Source of the DNA: Bythopirellula sp.
GTDB lineage: Bacteria; Planctomycetota; Planctomycetia; Pirellulales; Lacipirellulaceae
Assembly (NCBI GenBank): GCA_965216565.1
Contig: OZ244170.1
Location: 4,064,001-4,128,000 of the forward strand
DNA length: 64,000 bases
Reading direction: 5' to 3'
Positions 29,577 through 38,862 of the stretch are shown here, piece after piece. The notes beneath the pieces are model-generated. The model was not told the origin of the DNA, did not search any database, and worked only from the letters and a program-made list of their open reading frames with translations. The position numbers were made by a program, and so were the translations under genes. Numbering within the stretch: position 1 is the stretch's first letter; each line of letters begins with the position of its first letter.

Positions 29577-30302
29577 AGAGCGTATTCCCCTCCCCAATCA
29601 CAAAAAGTCGCTATCTAAAGCATAGCTTTTTCTAGCGGTCGGGCTTGGATCGTTTAGCTGCCCGCAGTGGAGGCGCAGAATCTACAAATCAGGGATGCAT
29701 ATGTCCCTGCTGGGTATCGCCGGTATCCTGTGACTTGCACAAAAGGACGCTTCAAGGCTGTTGTTTTCTCTAGGGCAAGGAGGGCCATTCAATCTGGCTA
29801 GAGAGTGCTATTGCACAAACCAACGTGAGCTAGAAACGGGCAGACATAGTCTCTTCCAGAGAGATTACCCGGGCGATCCACTTTGGCAGCACCTATGATC
29901 AATCACGTCTGCTTGATATCGTCTTGCGTCTCTACCACTCTGTGATTCAGTGCTAATGAGAGGATCTGGGTGAGTGACCTTCACCCCAACTTCATTGTCG
30001 CCGAGGATTTGGTTAGACGATTCCAGCTTTAGCTAGTCTTTGCAATCTGTACTGGTTGTCCTTAGGGCCTGAGAGTCCAAGTTTTGTGATTTCCGCTTTC
30101 GAAATCGGCGCCAATTGAGTTTCCTGCCTGTACAGAGCGTCTAAGATACCGAGCGTTGGGCTTAGAGCTGATCCCTGGAAAAGGTAGACATAGACTATCG
30201 AGGTAGGCATGCATGATTGCAGGTGACCAATGTTTTCGATACTATGACTATCAGTTTGAGTTTCAAGCATCACGTCTTCTTGTCCGAGAAAAAGCACCAC
30301 AC

Positions 30303-31187
30303 GTGAATTCTAAGAAGCCAACAACTTTGGCGAACTTTATTTTCGAGGACATGGCGTCTCAGATCGAATCGACGGGAAAGATCGGTTGCAAGTTAACCCT
30401 GTCGGCCATCGCATCCCATTATGATGTCAGCTTGAGTCCCGTGCGAGTTGCCGTTGAACGGCTTGTCAAATCGGGCTATTTGTCCAGCACCGAATCTGGT
30501 CGTCTAGCATTCTGCGATACTCAGAAGAAGAAAAAGAAGTCGAAACGAAAATCTGTTCCGGCACCCATTAATTACGTTGAGTTAGTTCGAACAGATGTAA
30601 TTGCAATGAGCCTAAAGGGCCAAGAGGGTTTTCTTCGGGAACAATCGGCGACCGAGCGATACGGTATCGGTAGGACCGTCCTCAGGCCAATTCTTAGTCA
30701 GCTAGCTGGTCAAGGAATCATCGAACGAATTCCCCGGAGGGGCTGGAAAATCAGACCGTTCGACAAAGACGACCTCTGCTCGTTTATCGAAGTGCGAGAG
30801 TTGCTGGAAGTCTATGCTTTGAAACTTGCCAGACCCAGACTAGCGAAGGAGAAACTGACCGCACTTCTTGAAGCCAACCAAGGCAGGAAGTTAGATGATG
30901 AGTTCATACTGAACAATAGTCTGCACGACTATTGGATCGAACTCTCTGGGAACCACTACATCCAGCGATTTTTTCACCGGGATGCGGTCTACTATCGTAC
31001 GTTGTTCGACTATGCCACGCCTGAGGCACATCTCGTGAAGAAAATGGCTGCACAGCATTGTGCCATTCTGGAATCTCTGCTCGAAAAGAAATGGGCAAAA
31101 GCTGATAAGGCGCTGCGCGAGCACATCCAAGCGCAGAAACCGATTGTTAAACTCTTGGTCGAAAAGCTAAAAGAGTCGGCCAAGTAG
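30303..31187 (+). CDS. GntR-family (FCD) transcriptional regulator with two wHTH units, candidate HypR-like
   Basis: wHTH1 IASHYDVSLSPVRVAVERLVKSG, wHTH2 ATERYGIGRTVLR...QGIIERIPRRGW, and FCD domain EVRELLE...LH...SGN...QHCAILE...ALREHI. GTG start at 30303 likely. Confidence 0.85.
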   Translation: MNSKKPTTLANFIFEDMASQIESTGKIGCKLTLSAIASHYDVSLSPVRVAVERLVKSGYLSSTESGRLAFCDTQKKKKKSKRKSVPAPINYVELVRTDVIAMSLKGQEGFLREQSATERYGIGRTVLRPILSQLAGQGIIERIPRRGWKIRPFDKDDLCSFIEVRELLEVYALKLARPRLAKEKLTALLEANQGRKLDDEFILNNSLHDYWIELSGNHYIQRFFHRDAVYYRTLFDYATPEAHLVKKMAAQHCAILESLLEKKWAKADKALREHIQAQKPIVKLLVEKLKESAK

Positions 31188-31194
31188 TAGATCC

Positions 31195-32265
31195 TCAACC
31201 AGTTGGATGAGCAGATTTCACATCGGCTCCCCTGGCAATAAGATGTCTCCTCATAACAAATACAGTCAAGCCAACTCCAATGAGTGCGAGGCTGCCGGGT
31301 TCTGGAACCGTGTTTAGTTCGGTGGACTGTGAAGATGGAATGGTTGATTGTTCCTGCCAAATGAGAAAGTCCTGACCATCGACATCGCCATCTCCGTCAG
31401 CATCTCCGTTGCCCACGTCAGCGCCAGAGACCATGCCATAGTGGGACTCCCAATATGGGAGATCAGCCCCGTTGACGGACCCATCCTCATTAAAGTCGCC
31501 TGGTATTAGTGGTGGTTCGTTAAGTTGGAAGAGCAACGCATCGAAATAAGCGAGCCGATTCGGAATAGAGTCGTTGATGGCATCAATCTGGAATGGATAG
31601 AGCGCGTCGGTGTAGCGAAGCGCGAACCAGGGCAAGATGCTTTCGGCAATGTCTTCTCTAGTTGGGTTGTCCTGGGCATAAGTCGAGATAAACGTTGGGT
31701 CAAGTTGTTGGGCAGACAACCAACCTGGAGCCGATGAATAGTAAGAGTCGTAGGATGTGTGGGCCGCTTCATGAAACAAGATCTCTTCCAAGTAACCCCC
31801 GTACTGGTCCGCTTGGTCTGTATGTATCAAGATATTGTTGTTTCCTCCACCAAAGGGTTGAAGTCCTTGGTGAACTGTCACGGAATCGACGTCTGTGCGC
31901 ATTGATGTAGGAAGTCGCCCCACGGCACGTGCGTATTTATCTGCTTCAACTGCGGCTGCCGCTGAGTCGCCGAACTCTGGATTTATTTGGATCTCTGAGT
32001 CGAGCCCGTCGAAAAACGTGGCATCAAATAGATGCATCGGTTGGAACAGCCATTGATTGACTCGACGGTCGAATACCAACCGCTGCTGCATCCCAACGTA
32101 GGTCATCGAGTCAAACGCCGACCAGTCCTCATCGGTAATGATGTTGTCGCGGAGAAACGCAGTGCCAGAAAACGGGGGACTCTGTCCGCAAGCGTGGGGA
32201 ACGGTCGACCAGTTGCAGCTATAAAAGAGGCCAATGCAAATTGCAATTCGGTAGACCGATGGCAT
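31195..32265 (-). CDS. Secreted zinc metallopeptidase-like protein with dockerin-like repeats and PEP-CTERM
   Basis: Signal peptide; HEAAH...EDIAES gluzincin pattern; GDFNEDGSVNGADL and GDADGDGDVDGQDF repeats; VPEP + TM + RR tail. Confidence 0.8.
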   Translation of the reverse strand: MPSVYRIAICIGLFYSCNWSTVPHACGQSPPFSGTAFLRDNIITDEDWSAFDSMTYVGMQQRLVFDRRVNQWLFQPMHLFDATFFDGLDSEIQINPEFGDSAAAAVEADKYARAVGRLPTSMRTDVDSVTVHQGLQPFGGGNNNILIHTDQADQYGGYLEEILFHEAAHTSYDSYYSSAPGWLSAQQLDPTFISTYAQDNPTREDIAESILPWFALRYTDALYPFQIDAINDSIPNRLAYFDALLFQLNEPPLIPGDFNEDGSVNGADLPYWESHYGMVSGADVGNGDADGDGDVDGQDFLIWQEQSTIPSSQSTELNTVPEPGSLALIGVGLTVFVMRRHLIARGADVKSAHPTG

Positions 32266-32332
32266 GAATCGACTCTTCTCTTCCCGAAATGTTCCGCTCA
32301 GGACTTCCTAATCGAGGCTGCCCCTCCCCGAT

Positions 32333-32373
32333 AACAAAAACCTGGTCCTACCCCGCAAGAAGGCAGAACCAGG
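32333..32373 (-). terminator. Rho-independent terminator after the 32410-33165 gene
   Basis: Minus strand CCTGGTTCTGCCTT-CTTGC-GGGGTAGGACCAGG forms a 14-bp stem with G-U pairs and is followed by TTTTTGTT. Confidence 0.7.
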
Positions 32374-32409
32374 TAATCAAAAGGCATTATAGTCCTTGTT
32401 GAGAAAGAT

Positions 32410-33165
32410 TTATAGTTTCGATAAGGATCGTCTTCTCTGGACTAACAGGGTGGAAATTCCTATCCCCAACAAAGCTGTCGAAGCTGGTTCGGGAATCACC
32501 ATCAGTGAAGCATCATCAAAAGAGACGGTTGCCGCTCCAGTACCACCAAATTGACCGAGCACTCCCAGATTGTAGGCAATAACAGTCACTGGCTGGCCGA
32601 AAGTCGGAACCACTTCCGTGAATGAATGATTGACATAATCGGGATTCGTGCCGGTTTCAAAAACGTCTGCGTTAGTAAAATCTCCAAAACCGAGGAACCC
32701 ACCCGCTCCGAAGTAGGAGACGAACATTCGCACAAAAGTTCCAGCAGTATTGGGATCTCCAGGATTACCCAGGACAGTATTCGCAGTCACTTTGTAATCA
32801 ACAGATAGTTGGATTGTCTTACCCTCAAAGGCAGATGGTGCACCACCGAATCCCGCAAATGCGGCTGTGTCGATTTGTGGATCAGCACCCGGGTTGGCAT
32901 GATCCTTGGTAAGCGTGGCGTGTTCGAGGCCGTTGTTTGGCATCGTTAAGTCATTGGTAATCGCCGGATTCGCTGTGAAGAATGTCTTACGCCAAGGATC
33001 AGATGTGTTTGGATCTTCAGGTTCCAAAGGACGTGTGTCCTCGAAACCGGGGTCAGCAAGCAACTCAACAAAAGGGACCGCCGCGGCAGGAGTCACCAAC
33101 AAGCCGAGCGCGACGCATATCGCCGTCAATAACAGTGACTTTGACAAAACATACTTAGCAATCAT
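32410..33165 (-). CDS. PEP-CTERM protein with CBM-like beta-sandwich domain of unknown function
   Basis: Signal peptide; domain bounded by ELLADPGFE...FDDASL; IPEP + TM + QRRR tail. Confidence 0.82.
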   Translation of the reverse strand: MIAKYVLSKSLLLTAICVALGLLVTPAAAVPFVELLADPGFEDTRPLEPEDPNTSDPWRKTFFTANPAITNDLTMPNNGLEHATLTKDHANPGADPQIDTAAFAGFGGAPSAFEGKTIQLSVDYKVTANTVLGNPGDPNTAGTFVRMFVSYFGAGGFLGFGDFTNADVFETGTNPDYVNHSFTEVVPTFGQPVTVIAYNLGVLGQFGGTGAATVSFDDASLMVIPEPASTALLGIGISTLLVQRRRSLSKL

Positions 33166-33289
33166 TAGACAAGCCCTCCAAGAAAAAAGTGCAACCTATA
33201 ACGGATTTCAGTTTGCAACCAACAAACGTTTACTCTTCGAGTTCCTAACGTGCAGTGCTCAGAATCTAGTCTTTAATGGATTGTGACAC

Positions 33290-34225
33290 TTACCTACGAC
33301 TGTTTCGCTTTCGTAGAGCTACTAACCACACTCCTCCGGCAAATAGTAGGGCAGTATGTGGTTCGGGTATCGACGTGATAGCCGCCTGGATTGCCTGGGC
33401 ACCGTAGTTGTTCTCCCACGCAACTAATTCCGCAGAAGTGCCGCCGGCAATAGAGCCCCCTTGCTGCCACAACAAGAAATCAAAGCCATCAACATCGCCG
33501 TCCATATCGAAATCTCCCGCCAACGGAACATCGGCATCTAGCGAGACGTCATCGAATATGACGGTAGCTGTCCCTGTCATCTGATTCCCATGGGCATCGT
33601 CAGGAGCGATCAGTCCGACATTAAGATCGATCGACGTCACTTCGATTCCGAAGTTTGGGACGACCACACTATAAGAGACCGTTTGATAGTTTGGATCGAC
33701 TGCTACTGGAAACACATCACTAGGGAAATTCCCATTGGGATCCGGTTCGAAGCCACCAAATCCAAGGAACCCAACGGATTCATTAAAAAACGCCAGATGG
33801 GTCCTGACCACGACCGAGGGGGTCGTGTTTGGGTCGCTCGCATTCATATTGAACGAAGTAACTTTATAGTTACTGGTCACGTTCATCGTTATTCCCGTGT
33901 AGTCAGTGACTGCGGAAGATGCACCCAGACCAGCAAATGCACTTGAGCGAATACTCGGACCAAACGCAGTGAAAAGTTGGCCCGTATCCAGGACAATTTC
34001 GGCATGTTCCGATCCAGAAAGCGGATCGGACGTTGCATTCACCGTAGGCATTGGTTCGTTACCAAAGACCCACCCCCAAAAGCCATTTGGATCGTCAACC
34101 TCCGTTGCAAATTCAAACCCATTGTCGACTAACAACTCAATTGCGCTAGCCGAGGAGCACGATAGGCACGAAACAACACTAAAGGCCAATGCAATTTTGC
34201 TTGCCAGCAGTAATTCTTTGAACAT
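33290..34225 (-). CDS. PEP-CTERM protein, paralogue of 32410-33165, with dockerin-like repeat
   Basis: Signal peptide from ATG 34225; ELLVDNGFE...FDDVSL; GDFDMDGDVDGFDF; IPEP + TM + RKR tail. Confidence 0.82.
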   Translation of the reverse strand: MFKELLLASKIALAFSVVSCLSCSSASAIELLVDNGFEFATEVDDPNGFWGWVFGNEPMPTVNATSDPLSGSEHAEIVLDTGQLFTAFGPSIRSSAFAGLGASSAVTDYTGITMNVTSNYKVTSFNMNASDPNTTPSVVVRTHLAFFNESVGFLGFGGFEPDPNGNFPSDVFPVAVDPNYQTVSYSVVVPNFGIEVTSIDLNVGLIAPDDAHGNQMTGTATVIFDDVSLDADVPLAGDFDMDGDVDGFDFLLWQQGGSIAGGTSAELVAWENNYGAQAIQAAITSIPEPHTALLFAGGVWLVALRKRNSRR

Positions 34226-34332
34226 GGAGTAGTTTCCCCTAAAGAAAAGCGTGCGTATTTTTTGGAGTGTTTTTATTGATGTCCTGAAGCTCTGATAGCC
34301 CTTTGCGAAGTTCAAAGTCTGTAAGACAAGAA

Positions 34333-35499
34333 TTAGCACCTGAGGAGTATCCCGCACATACCCATGCCAAACATTATGACACTGCTTGGTTCTGGGGTTA
34401 AATGTGTCAATGTTTGCTCAGGAGGATCTAAGTTTACCTGCCAAACCAAAAGGTCTAATCCAGTTACGGAGCCATCCGAGTCTGCATCGCCTTGACCAAA
34501 CGTAGCGCCAGAGATTAACCCATAGTTCTCTTCCCACAATGCGAGATCTAAACCGTCTACAGATCCATCCTTGTTAAAATCTCCTGGACTCGGCTCGAAA
34601 ATGGGATATCCCTGATCTTCGAAAATTGCTATATCAACTTCTGTGAGGTCGAGTCTTTCGCCGTTCGGAATCGCACAGCCATTCATCAGAGTGTCGTCCA
34701 ACCCATCCACGCCTAGACACGTACTAAGGTGATAAAAGTTCTGACCTTCTAAAAAAGCTCCCTGAGGTACGTGCGTAACCTGAACGTCCGAACCATACAC
34801 ATCGGCCGCTGCAGCACCAGAAAAGAACATGGGGTTTGGATCACCGACCGGATCGAGTGGATCGCCATTGCCCCCGTAGTAGGTCAGCGAGTCGTAGAGA
34901 GACATGAAGCCTCCGTTGATCTCGCCGTAATTGGATGCGTTGAAACTTCGGTTCCCTGCCATGCCCAGTCCGTGCCCAAATTCGTGCATGACCACACTGA
35001 TAAAGTCACCCCGGTTAAACTGGACGGGATCGACTCGCAATTCTGGTTGTGGGTCGAACCAATAGTTGTTTTCCACAAAACTTGGGTTAAACGAGAGCTG
35101 TACGTCGAAGCCGAAAGAGGTTTCTCCAGCATTGGAACCTGTCAAAATTCTTGTCAGGGGACCTGGTTCCCAGATTGCATTCCCATCGGGGGCGGTACCC
35201 AAGAATCTTCCAAAACTGAACGTACCTCCTGCACGGGCAAGGCCAAAGTCTGAGACGACATCAACGACAATAGTTTCATTGGAATCGAATTCGCGACCCC
35301 ACTCGTCTAGAGCTGCTACGATGTTCTGTTGGAACAAAGAATTGGGATCCAGCCAACCGCGAGAAGCAAACCCACCCGTCGGGTCGTCAATATACTGGTA
35401 GTCAAAAGAGAGCCCTGCGCTACAAACGCCGGGCAACAAGAGCGTGCCCACTATTTGCGCAATCGTACAGCGCCAAAACGAATTGCGACTACTAGCCAT
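34333..35499 (-). CDS. Secreted metzincin-like metallopeptidase with dockerin-like repeats and PEP-CTERM
   Basis: Signal peptide; HEFGHGLG, a downstream His (FYHL) and TLM Met-turn-like motif; GDFNKDGSVDGLD and GDADSDGSV repeats; TPEP + TM. Confidence 0.8.
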   Translation of the reverse strand: MASSRNSFWRCTIAQIVGTLLLPGVCSAGLSFDYQYIDDPTGGFASRGWLDPNSLFQQNIVAALDEWGREFDSNETIVVDVVSDFGLARAGGTFSFGRFLGTAPDGNAIWEPGPLTRILTGSNAGETSFGFDVQLSFNPSFVENNYWFDPQPELRVDPVQFNRGDFISVVMHEFGHGLGMAGNRSFNASNYGEINGGFMSLYDSLTYYGGNGDPLDPVGDPNPMFFSGAAAADVYGSDVQVTHVPQGAFLEGQNFYHLSTCLGVDGLDDTLMNGCAIPNGERLDLTEVDIAIFEDQGYPIFEPSPGDFNKDGSVDGLDLALWEENYGLISGATFGQGDADSDGSVTGLDLLVWQVNLDPPEQTLTHLTPEPSSVIMFGMGMCGILLRC

Positions 35500-35680
35500 A
35501 AGAGGTCGAACCGGAATGAGTCGTAAGTTTTCGTCAGTAACTAGATTGAAGCGTGTGCTCTACGTCGAATCTTTATCTTGACTTTTGCACAGCGTCTCAC
35601 CCGCGCCTTCTGCAATTCAATCCTATATATACCTATAAATGGACGTCAGGCAGCAGCGAGCCATCCGCCCAGGTGTTACT

Positions 35681-35692
35681 TTTGTACACAAT
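35681..35692. promoter_or_regulatory. Candidate GntR operator TTTGTACACAAT
   Basis: 10/12 match to the palindrome at 35878, in the same divergent promoter region. Confidence 0.5.
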
Positions 35693-35877
35693 AACAAGAT
35701 TGTCTTGGCCTGGCAATGAGTTTCTGGAAAAAAAGAAAAAACAGAGCAGACTTGGATAACATGGAAGTGGTAGTTGGCCACCTAGACCTAACCTCAATTT
35801 CTTGCCTCCAGGTTTGCCACCTCTAGCTCGATAGTTTTGCTTTTTGTGTATTTTGCGCCCAATGAGAGTTGCGTTAG

Positions 35878-35889
35878 ATTGTGCACAAT
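35878..35889. promoter_or_regulatory. Candidate GntR (FadR/HypR-type) operator ATTGTGCACAAT
   Basis: Perfect 12-bp palindrome with TTGT-N2-ACAA architecture, between the PEP-CTERM array and DUF1559. Confidence 0.6.
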
Positions 35890-36072
35890 GTTAAATTCGA
35901 GATTAGTTCGACAGGAAGCCGCACTGACCGCCCCGCGAAGGGCACAGTTTTTGGTGAGAGTTTCTATTCCCCATTTGTCAGCTTTCTCCAGAGGAAGAGT
36001 AGCATGGATCTTGTTCGTACCCATGGTGTGGCCAAAGTTCGCAAGCCCACTCGATCTAAGGTAAGTGCTAAC

Positions 36073-37107
36073 ATGACTTCTTTGTCTAGCCGACGCAGGA
36101 AAATCGCCCAGCACAGCGGTTTCACTCTCGTCGAACTTCTGGTCGTTATCGCCATCATTGGAGTCTTGGTTGCCCTTTTGCTACCCGCTGTTCAGGCTGC
36201 GCGCGAGGCAGCTCGAAGAATGCAGTGCGTAAACAATCTAAAGCAACTCGTTTTGTCGGCTCACAATCACGAGAATGCCAAGGAAGTATTCCCCATGGGG
36301 TACTCAGGTCCGTGGGACCTAAATGAGAACGGCTGGAATGATCCGGAAGAAGGACCCGGTTCCGACAAATGGAGATACTCGAACATCGGGATGCTCCCCT
36401 TCCTTTTACCTTATTTAGAAGCTTCCCCTATTTACGATCGACTCGACGAACGATTGCTTCGGCAACATGAGGAGAAGGTTCCTGGAGAAATCTATGGAGG
36501 GTATTGGCTCTTGGCACCGTCGAATCCACCAAGTTGGGAGATGGTTTTTGCCAGAATTCCAGCTTTCATCTGCCCTTCTGCTCCCTCCGACGAGCCTGAG
36601 GGGGGGAGTGTCGATTCTACTTTGACCCTAGAACAAGGTTCGGATGCCTTTGTCAGCTGGACTGGTCGATTTTTTGTAAACGAAAAAGGGCATGGGCAAT
36701 CCGATTATGTTGGAGTATCGGGGGCATTCGGGCAAATACCGTCTAAGCGAGATTGGTTAGGTATTTTCGTGAATAGAAAGATTCACGGATTCAGACACAT
36801 CTCTGATGGAACGGCGAATACGCTTATGTTTGGGGAAAATCAAGGTGGGCTGGCGGGACAGCCGCTACTTGGTTTCCAAAATCCATACGTTGGAATAGCT
36901 TGGATCGGTGCAGAAGGCTGGCCCGTCATGCACGGTCTCGCGACCGGTCCTACTGCTGCGATTGATCAATTCAGTAGCACTCATCCTGGTATCGTCAACT
37001 TTGCTCTCGCCGATGGCTCCGTGAGCGGACTCAACGAAGAGATTGACGACGTAACATTACGCAATTTGGCGGGCATGGCAGATGGTCGGACTGTCGGAAA
37101 GTTTTGA
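36073..37107 (+). CDS. DUF1559 prepilin-type N-terminal cleavage/methylation protein (H-X9-DG)
   Basis: [67 protein letters not shown] at 36073. Confidence 0.95.
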   Translation: MTSLSSRRRKIAQHSGFTLVELLVVIAIIGVLVALLLPAVQAAREAARRMQCVNNLKQLVLSAHNHENAKEVFPMGYSGPWDLNENGWNDPEEGPGSDKWRYSNIGMLPFLLPYLEASPIYDRLDERLLRQHEEKVPGEIYGGYWLLAPSNPPSWEMVFARIPAFICPSAPSDEPEGGSVDSTLTLEQGSDAFVSWTGRFFVNEKGHGQSDYVGVSGAFGQIPSKRDWLGIFVNRKIHGFRHISDGTANTLMFGENQGGLAGQPLLGFQNPYVGIAWIGAEGWPVMHGLATGPTAAIDQFSSTHPGIVNFALADGSVSGLNEEIDDVTLRNLAGMADGRTVGKF

Positions 37108-37165
37108 TCATCCGTCGGCAGTTTGTTTCAACCTAACTAGACGATTGGATGCAGCTGGAGAAAGC

Positions 37166-37387
37166 ATGAGAAATAGTTGTCTCAACAAACGGCGATATAT
37201 CGTTCGGCCAGTTATCGCCCAGTTACTTCCTCTGCTTCTAATGGTTTGCCTAGGACTGTTCATCACCGGGTGTTCTTCGAATTCCGACGACATCGTCATT
37301 CCGGAGCCGGGAAGTGTACCCTTGCCGAGCATGGAGGAAGGGGATACTCCAGAACCAGGGAAGCTCAGAAGGGTAAAGATAGATTAG
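37166..37387 (+). CDS. Small putative lipoprotein downstream of DUF1559
   Basis: GGAG RBS; basic N-terminus, hydrophobic stretch, lipobox-like ITGC and a short Pro-rich tail. Confidence 0.6.
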   Translation: MRNSCLNKRRYIVRPVIAQLLPLLLMVCLGLFITGCSSNSDDIVIPEPGSVPLPSMEEGDTPEPGKLRRVKID

Positions 37388-37474
37388 CTGGTTGGATCGC
37401 TAAATTGCATTTTTCCTGCGCGACGGATAGGCCGGTGTCGCGTACGCTGCGACATGAGTGAACGTGTAGATCGC

Positions 37475-38794
37475 CTACGAATTTGAGTTCGAATTCTTAG
37501 GTGGGTCGGCACTTTCATGGCCAAGTCGACGACGAGTTTCAAGGGGGTCGATGGCAGCCAAGATTGCCAAGGTGGCAAGTTGGTACACGCTCAAGATGAT
37601 AAAGATCGTTCGCATGTCGAAGGAGGCTTCCAGCGGACTTGCCAGCTTGGCACCAATTCCGCTGGAGAGGTTCAGCATAGCCATGTACGCAGTAAACTGA
37701 GTAGCCGCAACGGGAGGCCAGGCAATCCCCATAAACATGGCAAACATTGCCACTTGCATGAATCCAGCGATTGCTGTGGCGATGAGAAACAAAACAGAAA
37801 TAGCCAAGTGGTTTTCCCAGAGAGGCTGGCAGAGCGCATGGGCCAACCAGGTGGAAGCCAACAAAAGGATAGCAATGGCAACGGTACGTTTCGCACCAAT
37901 TGCAGAAGCAACAAATCCACCTAAAAGAGAACCTCCCAGCCCAAACCACACGGAATAGTTACCTTCCAGTTGTAAGTATTCCAGACTGGTCCAGCCCAGT
38001 TCCCGTTGTAGAAAAGCCGGCCAAAACACAAGGTGTGCCATTATCGCCACTAAGGAACTCAGGGCTAGTAGAGCGGCCAAGATTGAAGATTTCACTGAAA
38101 ATGCTTTTGCTAATCGTCTGAAGAGTTGCGAAATAGTATGGTCAGCTTCGTCTTGTTTATGGCTGCCCTTAGATAAACGGGCGGGAAGAAATGTGTCAGT
38201 AGGACGTTCACGAAACAAAAGCGGGAATGCCGCAATAGAGAGCAAGATTAAGACTTGTAAGCTTGCCGCTGGTCTAATCCCCGAGGAAAGCAGGAGGCCA
38301 CCGATGAGCGCGGCACCAATGTACTGCCCTAAATAGGACGATGCGAACATAAATCCATTGGCCATTCCCCGTTCTTTTTCAGGAAGCAGATCGACTGCCA
38401 ACGCATCGACAGACACATCCTGCAAGGAAGCAAACATATTTGCCATAAGAACCAATATCCCAAGCCAACCCAGCTGAGAGGCTAAGTCAGGTAACAAGAT
38501 CATGATTCCTAGCGTCAGCGCTAGACCAAGTTGAGCAGCGAGGATCCAGGGGCGACGTCGCCCCATTGAACTGTACCGGTACCTGTCGATCAGAGGTCCC
38601 CAAACCCATTTCAATGCCCAGGGCCAACTTACTAGGGCCACCATGTTGCCCACAGCCTCTGTAGAAGCGCCCTGGTCGATTAGGAAAGTTTTGAGCCCGA
38701 CCCTTACAAAACCATCGGGCATTCCCTGGGCTGAATAGAGGACGCAAACGGTCGTTAATCGCAACGACCGTCGGTTATTGAGAGTGGGCAGCAT
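37475..38794 (-). CDS. AmpG-like MFS peptide permease
   Basis: LYSAQGMP, PWALKWVWGPLIDRY, RRRPWI, ASLQDVSVDALA, ATQFTAYMA motifs; about 12 TM segments. Confidence 0.88.
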   Translation of the reverse strand: MLPTLNNRRSLRLTTVCVLYSAQGMPDGFVRVGLKTFLIDQGASTEAVGNMVALVSWPWALKWVWGPLIDRYRYSSMGRRRPWILAAQLGLALTLGIMILLPDLASQLGWLGILVLMANMFASLQDVSVDALAVDLLPEKERGMANGFMFASSYLGQYIGAALIGGLLLSSGIRPAASLQVLILLSIAAFPLLFRERPTDTFLPARLSKGSHKQDEADHTISQLFRRLAKAFSVKSSILAALLALSSLVAIMAHLVFWPAFLQRELGWTSLEYLQLEGNYSVWFGLGGSLLGGFVASAIGAKRTVAIAILLLASTWLAHALCQPLWENHLAISVLFLIATAIAGFMQVAMFAMFMGIAWPPVAATQFTAYMAMLNLSSGIGAKLASPLEASFDMRTIFIILSVYQLATLAILAAIDPLETRRRLGHESADPPKNSNSNS

Positions 38795-38862
38795 CGGAGG
38801 TCCCCAGGTTTTTAGAGAATATTCTCTAGGCAAACTATCACAAACCGATTAAAGTTGTAATT

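Noticed and set aside
29690..29709. Imperfect inverted repeat CAGGGATGCATATGTCCCTG upstream of the AAA gene
   Set aside because: Single occurrence, no U-tract and no second copy, so it cannot be distinguished from chance.
35881..36072. Long N-terminal extension of DUF1559 in the ORF track (similar over-extensions at 58326, 34357, 58191, 55946, 30213)
   Set aside because: Downstream starts fit RBS, signal-peptide or prepilin positions better, and the 35881 start overlaps the candidate operator.
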